Assembly: GCF_001194135.2 (NCBI RefSeq)
Contig: NC_069004.1
Location: forward strand, 34,373,213 to 34,422,737
Source: Octopus bimaculoides
Lineage: Eukaryota
Reading direction: 5' to 3'
DNA: 49,525 bases
Below, one piece after another: positions 39,975-49,525 of the stretch. How positions within the stretch are numbered: the stretch's first letter is position 1; each line of letters opens with the position of its first letter. The notes under the pieces were generated by a model. It saw only the letters and a program-made list of their open reading frames with translations. It was not told the DNA's origin and ran no database searches. The position numbers and the translations under genes were made by a program.

Positions 39975-40077
39975 CTGTTTTCAGTATTTAAGGAAGCTGA
40001 AAAATATAAACAAGAAATCAATCTACCTAACAAATACGAAGAGGAAGAAGAAGAAGAAGAAGAAGAAGAAGAAGAAG

Positions 40078-40109
<32 letters not shown>

Positions 40110-41283
40110 GAAGAAGAAGAAGAAGAAGAAGAAGAAGAAGAAGAAGAAGAAGAAGAAGAAGAAACAAAAGCTATAAAACAAATGAAATCCAAACTAAAAC
40201 TAGAACAGCAACGGACCATGATAAAACGATGGCAAGAAAAGCCCCTACATGGTAAATACTGGGCTAAACTAAATGCAAAAGAAATAGACAGAGAAAAATC
40301 CCAGCAATGGTTGAGAAGCTCAGGACTCAAAGCAGAGACTGNNNNNNNNNNNNNNNNNNNNNNNNNNNNNNNNNNNNNNNNNNNNNNNNNNNNNNNNNNN
40401 NNNNNNNNNNNNNNNNNNNNNNNNNNNNNNNNNNNNNNNNNNNNNNNNNNNNNNNNNNNNNNNNNNNNNNNNNNNNNNNNNNNNNNNNNNNNNNNNNNNN
40501 NNNNNNNNNNNNNNNNNNNNNNNNNNNNNNNNNNNNNNNNNNNNNNNNNNNNNNNNNNNNNNNNNNNNNNNNNNNNNNNNNNNNNNNNNNNNNNNNNNNN
40601 NNNNNNNNNNNNNNNNNNNNNNNNNNNNNNNNNNNNNNNNNNNNNNNNNNNNNNNNNNNNNNNNNNNNNNNNNNNNNNNNNNNNNNNNNNNNNNNNNNNN
40701 NNNNNNNNNNNNNNNNNNNNNNNNNNNNNNNNNNNNNNNNNNNNNNNNNNNNNNNNNNNNNNNNNNNNNNNNNNNNNNNNNNNNNNNNNNNNNNNNNNNN
40801 NNNNNNNNNNNNNNNNNNNNNNNNNNNNNNNNNNNNNNNNNNNNNNNNNNNNNNNNNNNNNNNNNNNNNNNNNNNNNNNNNNNNNNNNNNNNNNNNNNNN
40901 NNNNNNNNNNNNNNNNNNNNNNNNNNNNNNNNNNNNNNNNNNNNNNNNNNNNNNNNNNNNNNNNNNNNNNNNNNNNNNNNNNNNNNNNNNNNNNNNNNNN
41001 NNNNNNNNNNNNNNNNNNNNNNNNNNNNNNNNNNNNNNNNNNNNNNNNNNNNNNNNNNNNNNNNNNNNNNNNNNNNNNNNNNNNNNNNNNNNNNNNNNNN
41101 NNNNNNNNCTTACAAATATATATAACATACAGAAAATTGCACTACTGGGTACTGCACACATCCTACGCGAAACACTTTCAATACAGTAAACATAAGAGCA
41201 CCACAGCAAACCACAGCACATACCCAAGGCGCACAGAGCTGCGCTCGGTAGTGAAGTGAAAGCACGTTATAAAAATAAAACTA

Positions 41284-41342
<59 letters not shown>
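39975..41342 (+). mobile_element. 5'-truncated Dong/R4-like non-LTR retrotransposon spanning a gap, with an internal (GAA)n expansion
   Basis: LFSVFKEAEKYKQE..(E)n..RWQEKPLHGKYW..IDREKSQQWLRSSGLKAET, then a gap, then NIQKIALLGTAHILRETLSIQ* (stop at 41189). A ~100-nt 3' UTR precedes an (AAT)n tail from 41287, and the 5' flank is also (AAT)n. The gap (~770 nt) is similar in size to the corresponding interval (~620 nt) in the 36-kb copy. Confidence 0.88.
40038..40163 (+). repeat. (GAA)n, 42 codons in frame within the LINE ORF
   Basis: Direct reading; one GAG and one GTA interruption. Confidence 0.95.
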
Positions 41343-41355
41343 TGATGATGATGAT

Positions 41356-41930
41356 TTCAAATTTTTGCAACAAGGCTATAAAGGCTAGTTTTCAACTAGT
41401 ACTTATTTTATCGATCTCGATAGGATGTAAGGTAAAGTCGACCTCGGAGGAATTTGAACTCACAACGTAAAGACAGATGAAATACTGATAAGCATTTCGT
41501 CCAGCATGCTAACGATTCTGCCAGTTCGTCAACTTAGGCGTCCTGCTAATAATAATAATAATAATATTGTTTCTGATTTAGTCAGGAGGTCAGCAATTTT
41601 TTTAGGAGATTGTTAAATTGCTATAATTGTCCCCAGTGCTTGACTAATATTATAATGTCATTGGCCCGAGGAGGGGAGGTATGATGGGTAAAGTTTACCC
41701 TGGCACAATTTGAGTGCGGATTGTAAACAGTTGGGACAACTAGCACAAATCTTTTTTGCCGGCGCTCTAACGATTCTGCTAGTTCAGGGTTGGTTTCTAG
41801 CAGAGACACAATACTAGAAATCTGTCGGGGCAAAACATTCGATTATATCTACTCCAGTAGATTTCTGGGACTTTATTGAATGATCATGATGGGATAAAAG
41901 GTAAATTTAATCACGGTAGAATTTGGACGA
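41356..41930 (-). mobile_element. Array of three SINE family A copies (41356-41535, 41566-41787, ~41790-41930) of increasing divergence
   Basis: First copy is clear (GTCGACCTCGGAGGAATTTGAACTC..GCTAACGATTCTGCCAG); the others keep CTAACGATTCTGC and CGATTATATC..CCAGT remnants. An (AAT)n spacer separates the first two. Confidence 0.7.
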
Positions 41931-43002
41931 GAAAAACAAATAAATTCCGAAGTGAAGAATGGTAAAGAGTACGAGAAGAGTCGGTGATGCTATTCGATGG
42001 TTGCTTTATAAGCATATATATACATTCTCATAAATTATAACCATAGGCATTGGTTGGTTAATATATTCACTGGAACCATCGATTCTATTCCGGAACCACC
42101 AGAATTGAATACGAATTAATTTGTACAAAGATCACGCAGATCACTTTACAGAAGAACGATTTATATGTAATGGTAGGCTACTGGCGTTAAACAGTGCTCA
42201 ACATTCGAAACAATGGGGGACATGAGTTAATACTGTAAACTCTTTTATTCTTGAGATTTGCCATTATTTCTACTCTGCCATTTCTATAAACGATTGCCAA
42301 AATAGTTATAATAATGGTAATTCAATTATTTGCTCCAAAAGATATGAATGAATGAAACTTACAATGACTCGTTATTGTTTTCTGAGCACCGTTTTCATAA
42401 AATTATTTCAAACAGAAATTGTCAATGTCTTTGATATCGTTCGGCAGTACTTGAAATGAAATAAATCTATTTCTACTTCATATAATTTAAGTTAATTCTT
42501 CAGGTACCATCAAGCTTGTTTTTGTCTCAGTTTTCAACTCGTTATTATATGAAGCCAAAGAAAGTGAGGCTTCCAGGAATCTTCGATTGGTACATATTCT
42601 TTTTTTTTCTTTTTTTTATGTAAATACCATTCTTTGATATATCATCAAGTTTTCCAAAATTCCATGCACCTACCACCTAGAAAGCAAAGATATTTTGTAC
42701 GTCTAGTAATATATTGAATTATAAATTTCGAAAAACATAATGGTAAGTAATATCTTAATTTTATCAACCCTATTTTTGCATAAAAACTTACGAATAACAG
42801 GATTTTCAAAGATAAACTATTTGTGGGGTTTACAGTGCTTGAAATTGTATGAAAATATCTGCAACGAATCTATGTAACCATTGCGCTCCTTTTGAAGGCC
42901 ACATGGGTAAAGCATCTCATGTTTAAAGTTTTATTTTATCAAGGGAGAAGTGTAAAGTCTGCTCGGATAAATCGGCTCCAGATCTTATTTAGTTATCGAT
43001 TA

Positions 43003-43228
43003 GGGGCTGGTGATTAGAACAATCAATACAGGGCAACGCAAAAGAACGTTGCTTTCATCATTTGCATCTCCTTCCGTCAAAGTCAAGTTTGCCTTTCGCC
43101 ATCCTGGAGTCGACGAAAGACAAAATATAGTACCAGTAATACACAGCGGTAGGAATGATGAAGTAATATTATTTGTCCGCAACGTCTCAAGCAAGGTTTA
43201 TGGCCTTCTGCCTTACTGGGCTGGAAAG
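43003..43228 (+). mobile_element. SINE family A, old degenerate copy
   Basis: AAGTCAAGTTTGCCTTTCGCCATCCTGGAGTCGAC..TAGTACCAGT..GGCCTTCTGCC. Confidence 0.55.
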
Positions 43229-43317
43229 TAATTATTTTTATCGACCACTGATAATGAGAAATTAGCTGATACGTCAGTGATAATATTGTGATAGAATTAT
43301 TGAACAAAACAGAAATT

Positions 43318-43359
<42 letters not shown>

Positions 43360-43442
43360 ATGTATACATATGTATATGTATACATATATATATGTATATA
43401 TATATATATGTATATATATATATTACATATATATGCACGTAC

Positions 43443-43494
<52 letters not shown>

Positions 43495-43865
43495 CATATA
43501 TGCATGTACATATATATATATATATTATACATATATGCATGTACATATATATATATATATTATACATATATGCATGTNNNNNNNNNNNNNNNNNNNNNNN
43601 NNNNNNNNNNNNNNNNNNNNNNNNNNNNNNNNNNNNNNNNNNNNNNNNNNNNNNNNNNNNNNNNNNNNNNNNNNNNNNNNNNNNNNNNNNNNNNNNNNNN
43701 ATATATATTTATTTATTTATTAAAATATAAGAAATAACTAAAAGAGAATAAGAATAAAAGCTGGTAAGATGTCAAGCTAACATCTCTATTTATTGAGAAG
43801 TGACTATAATAAGGTTTAATGAATATAGGCAGTCTCAAAAGATATTTAATCATATAGTGTGCAAC

Positions 43866-43940
<75 letters not shown>

Positions 43941-44634
43941 ATATATGTACAGACACATACGAGCACGCACACACACACACATATGTATATATTCGTTTCA
44001 TAAGTACACACACACACCTATAGAAACAAACTGTACGGCTCTACTAGAGACAACCACATAATTCTCGGATAAATGTACTCATCCGCACGAAAACACACGC
44101 TATTACATACAGACAATCAGATAAAAGAGACCGATACACTCCCCTTCCAGAGTTACTGCCCGCTACTCTTCCGAAATTTCTTCAACAAAACACTTCAAAA
44201 AAGCGAATACATCTCAGTCAGTTGCAAGAAAACACACATTGTGTCAGGGCAAGAAATATGAACTAATTTAACCCATTTTTCTCCACTGCGATAATCAGTT
44301 TAACGAAATAATTTCCTTAAAGAACAGACACTTTTACTGAAGCAATGAATTACGCACATTATTCAACAGGAACAACATAAATGTTATCTACTCAACAACG
44401 ACTTGAAGGAGAATAGAATCAGTTCATAGCGCAACGCTACAATCTCCACCACAATATGTCGCATATAAACCAACCAAGAGATAAGTGCAATTGTTTTAAC
44501 ACTGATTCATATCACTTGGATCGTCGGACCACTGAAGCCTGAGTCAAGAAACTACAAGAGGAAGGAAAAATTTCATAGAGTTTCATATAACGGCAAAACA
44601 GAAAACTCATTCAGAGACAATTCTATTTTCTTAC

Positions 44635-44978
44635 TTGCTCTGTCTGAGGGAAGGTAGAACGTTCGTGGTATTCCGTAGACCCATCAAACTGGCGGGATTG
44701 GAGGCATTGTTGCTCCTTTAGACATAAACTGATGGAAAATGAGTCGAAAGGGAATACAAGAATGCTAACGGTCTGATCAGGAAGGACTGTGGTACATACC
44801 ACGGTATCTGGACACATAAGGGGCCGGAGATAAGAGAGAAATGGGTCAGGAATATTTGGACAGAGATGGCATGTGCCTAGCAAGCTCCGAAGTGCTGCGC
44901 CAATTATAGTACAGTAGCAAAAAGCAGAGAGAGATGAGAGAGAGAATGTGTGAGCGTGTACCAGAAGTAACTTAAATA
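44635..44978 (-). promoter_or_regulatory. Candidate TATA/Inr core promoter and non-coding first exon
   Basis: TATTTAA at 44978-44972, an Inr-like CA(+1)TTCT with the A at 44947 (31 nt downstream), and a donor CAA|GTAAGA at 44634, all in repeat-free unique sequence. Motif-only evidence. Confidence 0.25.
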
Positions 44979-45859
44979 GGGCTTTCAGTAACTGCATGCC
45001 ACCGGATGTGGCATGTGCTTGTGTTCGACAGCAGCAACACCCCAGATGCGAGAACGATGCTCTATAGGGGATCTCACCAACACATAACGTATTTCAACCT
45101 CAACATATCTAGCTAAAACAAGCAAAAATATATAATATTCAAAGACCTGAGCTCAAAGGTTATATTATTCCTTTTACACGCAGCCAACATATTTATTAAC
45201 AGTTCAGAATGCAGTGGTTGATGGTTAAAAGTAAAATGTAATGCAAAACCACTCCACTCCAATGATGAATAATAATGAGCGGCATAAGAATAGATGCAAT
45301 CTCGGATTTTAAAACCGCGTGGACGCTTTTTTCTTGCAAGTTTCCACGACAACAGGAACGCTATTACGTCATACAGTTATCGTGCTTCTCCGACTATAAT
45401 TAAAGTTCGTTGAAAATGACTGTATCCATTTTCTCGCCTACTATTGTGAGTGACGGTACAGAAATAACTTATAGGCACTAAAACATACACACACACACAC
45501 ACACATACATGTAGATAGCAGTCGAGATGTATACGTGTGTGTGTTTATATATTTGTATTGGTGTATGGTTGCTAGAATAGGAACGTTACCACTAAGAAAC
45601 CAGGTCTCTCGGTAGCGAAAGTATATCACGTGATACGATACTCCCCACCGCCACACCCACAAACACAAAAACAGATACGTTTTACGTTTCTTAGATAAAG
45701 AAGACAAGAAGACATCTTAAATTTCTTGCTTATCATCTGATTTCAATTTTTCATCCCAAGACAAACGACTAACTCTCCTGTCCATTTTCAGAGAAATCAT
45801 ATTTGCTTAGAATTCGATACATTTCCAATATACATACATATATACACACATGTTTGTGT

Positions 45860-45892
<33 letters not shown>

Positions 45893-47104
45893 CATACATA
45901 CACTCGTAGATGCATGTGTACGTATATACGTGTGTATGCATTCATATAAACTTATATATGTGTATGCATGTAAGTGTATGTATGTGTATCTGTATGTGTG
46001 TATAATTTCTATGTACCTATGTATGTGTTAAATGTGTACTTTTCTTTCTGTTGATAATTTTTCGCTGTTACATTTTTGTTAGATTTTTAAACGATGTAAA
46101 CAAAAAAAAAAAAAAAAAANNNNNNNNNNNNNNNNNNNNNNNNNNNNNNNNNNNNNNNNNNNNNNNNNNNNNNNNNNNNNNNNNNNNNNNNNNNNNNNNN
46201 NNNNNNNNNNNNNNNNNNNNNNNNNNNNNNNNNNNNNNNNNNNNNNNNNNNNNNNNNNNNNNNNNNNNNNNNNNNNNNNNNNNNNNNNNNNNNNNNNNNN
46301 NNNNNNNNNNNNNNNNNNNNNNNNNNNNNNNNNNNNNNNNNNNNNNNNNNNNNNNNNNNNNNNNNNNNNNNNNNNNNNNNNNNNNNNNNNNNNNNNNNNN
46401 NNNNNNNNNNNNNNNNNNNNNNNNNNNNNNNNNNNNNNNNNNNNNNNNNNNNNNNNNNNNNNNNNNNNNNNNNNNNNNNNNNNNNNNNNNNNNNNNNNNN
46501 NNNNNNNNNNNNNNNNNNNNNNNNNNNNNNNNNNNNNNNNNNNNNNNNNNNNNNNNNNNNNNNNNNNNNNNNNNNNNNNNNNNNNNNNNNNNNNNNNNNN
46601 NNNNNNNNNNNNNNNNNNNNNNNNNNNNNNNNNNNNNNNNNNNNNNNNNNNNNNNNNNNNNNNNNNNNNNNNNNNNNNNNNNNNNNNNNNNNNNNNNNNN
46701 NNNNNNNNNNNNNNNNNNNNNNNNNNNNNNNNNNNNNNNNNNNNNNNNNNNNNNNNNNNNNNNNNNNNNNNNNNNNNNNNNNNNNNNNNNNNNNNNNNNN
46801 NNNNNNNNNNNNNNNNNNNNNNNNNNNNNNNNNNNNNNNNNNNNNNNNNNNNNNNNNNNNNNNNNNNNNNNNNNNNNNNNNNNNNNNNNNNNNNNNNNNN
46901 NNNNNNNNNNNNNNNNNNNNNNNNNNNNNNNNNNNNNNNNNNNNNNNNNNNNNNNNNNNNNNNNNNNNNNNNNNNNNNNNNNNNNNNNNNNNNNNNNNNN
47001 NNNNNNNNNNNNNNNNNNNNNNNNNNNNNNNNNNNNNNNNNNNNNNNNNNNNNNNNNNNNNNNNNNNNNNNNNNNNNNNNNNNNNNNNNNNNNNNNNNNN
47101 NNNN

Positions 47105-47237
47105 TTTTATCGACCCCGAAAGAGATAAAAGGCAAAGTCAAACGCATTAGAATTTGAACTCAGAGCATATAGACTGATAAAATGCCGTTAAGCATTTCGA
47201 CTGACGCACAATAATTCGACCAGTTCTCGCTGCCTTC

Positions 47238-47279
<42 letters not shown>

Positions 47280-47481
47280 GTAATCCGTTGTATTCTAGGC
47301 ACAAGGCCTGAAATTTGTGGGGAGCGGGACAGTCGATCACATCGACCCCAGGACTTGTTCTTAATTTATTAACTCCGAAGGGCTGAAAGGCAAAGTCGAC
47401 CTCGGCGGAATTTGAACTCAAGAACAAAATACCGTTAAGCATTTCGCTTGGCGCGCTAACGATTCTGCCAGCTCGTTGCCT

Positions 47482-47512
<31 letters not shown>

Positions 47513-47744
47513 AATAATAATAATAATAATCCTTTCTACTGGAAGCACAATGCCTCAAATTTGAAGGAAGGGATTAAGGGGATTACATCGACCCGAGTGC
47601 GTAACTGGTACTTATTCAATTGATCCCGTAAGGATGAAAGGCAAAGTTGACCTCGGTGGAATTTGAACTCAGAACGTAGCGACGGATGAAATGCTGCTAA
47701 GCATTTCGCCCGGCGTGCTAACCATTCTGCCAGCGCGCCGCCTT
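47105..47744 (-). mobile_element. Head-to-tail array of three SINE family A copies (47105-47236, 47284-47482, 47531-47744) separated by (AAT)n/(GAT)n
   Basis: Each contains AAGGCAAAGT..GAATTTGAACTCA..AAGCATTTCG and ends in GCCTT. Confidence 0.9.
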
Positions 47745-48271
47745 GGAAATAATAATAATAACAATAATGATAATTTACGGTTAGANNNNNNNNNNGGGGT
47801 GGGGGGGTTAGAAAAATGTAAAGTGAAGAAGGAGAAGCGGGGACAAAAGTACAAGAAGAGGGGGAAAGATAAAGTTAGAGAGATAAGAATGCTATTAAGA
47901 TAAGGAGATAACCGAGTGAGAGAGAGAAAGAGAGAAGGAGAGAGAGAGAGACAGAGAAGGAGAGAGAGAGGGAGAGAGAGAGAGAGGGGGTGGGAGAGAG
48001 ACCGCGATCGTACATGATGATGGAGAAACAGAAGCATAGCACCATATATTGTCTTGCAATTAGATACAATCTCAGAATTGCGATGGAAGAGATCACTGAT
48101 ACGAGAAACCACACACACACACACAGACACACACACACACACACACACACAGACACACACACAAGCACACACACACACACACACACACACTCTCTCTCTC
48201 TACCGCTCTTGTTATCATTTTCATTCTTCTACACACTCTCACAGGGACTATCAAATATAATTTCATATATG

Positions 48272-48310
<39 letters not shown>

Positions 48311-48717
48311 CTGTATGCATCGCGACTCAGACCGAGATGGAGGTTAGAGAGAGAGAGAGAGAGAGAGAGCGAAGGCGAGAAGTATCAGGAAAGAGATTAA
48401 TACAAAACCTATTCACACACACACACACAATACATATATATATATGTGTATATATATATTTAGGCACATACATACACATACAAAAGTATAAATATATAGA
48501 TATGTGTGTCAGTGTGTCTAAATAAGTAGATATGGCTGTGTGCATACGTGTATTGTGTGTATGTGTTATATATGTGTGTGTGTGTGTGTGTATCACGTAC
48601 TGTTGTCATACAGTTTCATCGCACATTCTCTTCATCAATGTCTTTAATCAGCATCAAATTCAATAATTTGAAAACACCTGATCGAATTCTCAGTTCTGAA
48701 GAGGGAGAGAAAGGAAG

Positions 48718-48773
<56 letters not shown>

Positions 48774-49224
48774 GGAGGAGAAGAAAAAGAAGAAAATATG
48801 GCGCAGCCTACGCATATGCAGAAAAGGGTATGAAGTAGATTTGTGATAATGCAGAGGAGAAGTGGTGGATCGTTTGTCTTCGTCTGTTCTAATGGCTTTA
48901 TATTGGCTCACTTGAATACAACTATAGTCACGGATAAAGATATAGAGATGCTGGCAAAGCCATACATACGCATGATCGTAGGAATTAGCAGCTGATTCAC
49001 TCTGTTCGCGATAAACTGCAGTTTGTATCGCGATAGAAGGAATGGAACTAAGAATCTTGGGCTTGCGTAAAAGAAAATCTAAATTAGTTCGGCAAAACCT
49101 ATTGAATATCTTTTGCCTCTGCATCTACACACACACACACACACACACTCGCGCGCGCGCACATTATATATGCATATGTATATATATATGTGTGTGTGAG
49201 TAATTAAGAATCACACATTACAAC

Positions 49225-49335
49225 AACGTGGTATCTGGTTCAGGCCCACTGCCCAGCCCCTTAGGCGACTGTCATCTATTCTGGGCCGACAAATGCCTTC
49301 TGAGTGCATCTGGTTGACGGAAACTCTGCAACTCG
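49225..49335 (+). mobile_element. SINE family B head, degenerate
   Basis: GGTTCAGGCCCACTGC..TGGGCCGAC..GCCTTCTGAGTGCATCTGGTTGACGGAAACT. Confidence 0.55.
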
Positions 49336-49525
49336 TGACCGACCGCTAAATCCACACGTGATTTCATTCTCTCTTTGTTTATTTCTTCGTGTTCCTTTCT
49401 GTTGAAGAGCGTAGGCTCGAAATATAAAAGACTTTCTCACCTTCCTGAGCGTCAAACTAATACACCTGCTTGCTTTCTGTGCACCCGTCTTCGTCTTTTG
49501 TTTTTCTGTAAATTTCAACTAATAT

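Noticed and set aside
39900-41189. Frame continuity of the 429-aa ORF across the gap as evidence of an intact LINE
   Set aside because: It depends on the estimated N length, and the element is 5'-truncated with no RT domain visible.
41815-41840. Minus-strand CFAPTDF resembling the FAS1 H1 motif
   Set aside because: Lies inside a degenerate SINE, followed immediately by a stop, with no splice sites.
44623-44997. 124-aa minus-strand ORF MQLLKALFK..
   Set aside because: No recognisable domain and it overlaps a CT-rich tract; better read as a possible UTR exon.

Overview
Eukaryotic, AT-rich, repeat-dominated genomic DNA, most likely from an octopus (inferred from recalled Octopus SINE sequences and the very high load of (AT)n, (CA)n, (TATC)n and (AAT)n microsatellites). 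About 5 kb (~10%) is assembly gaps, mostly flanked by (AT)n. Almost all ORF-track entries are microsatellite or N-gap artefacts. One host coding exon is well supported and is absent from the ORF track: a 148-nt minus-strand exon at 16730-16877 with consensus splice sites. It encodes the end of a fasciclin (FAS1) domain plus the start of the next repeat, so the window is probably intronic sequence of a fasciclin-1-like adhesion gene. Other content: three 5'-truncated Dong/R4-type non-LTR retrotransposon copies with restriction-like endonuclease (RLE), sitting in (TAA)n; roughly 30 copies or fragments of at least three tRNA-derived SINE families (called A, B and C here); an unclassified 570-bp element; and a candidate TATA/Inr promoter with a non-coding first exon near 44.9 kb. 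No clearly new biological system is demonstrable. The most interesting structural patterns are polarity-ordered retroelement arrays inside (AAT)n tracts, inverted SINE pairs around the exon, an in-frame poly-Glu expansion in a LINE ORF, and a template-switch palindrome.
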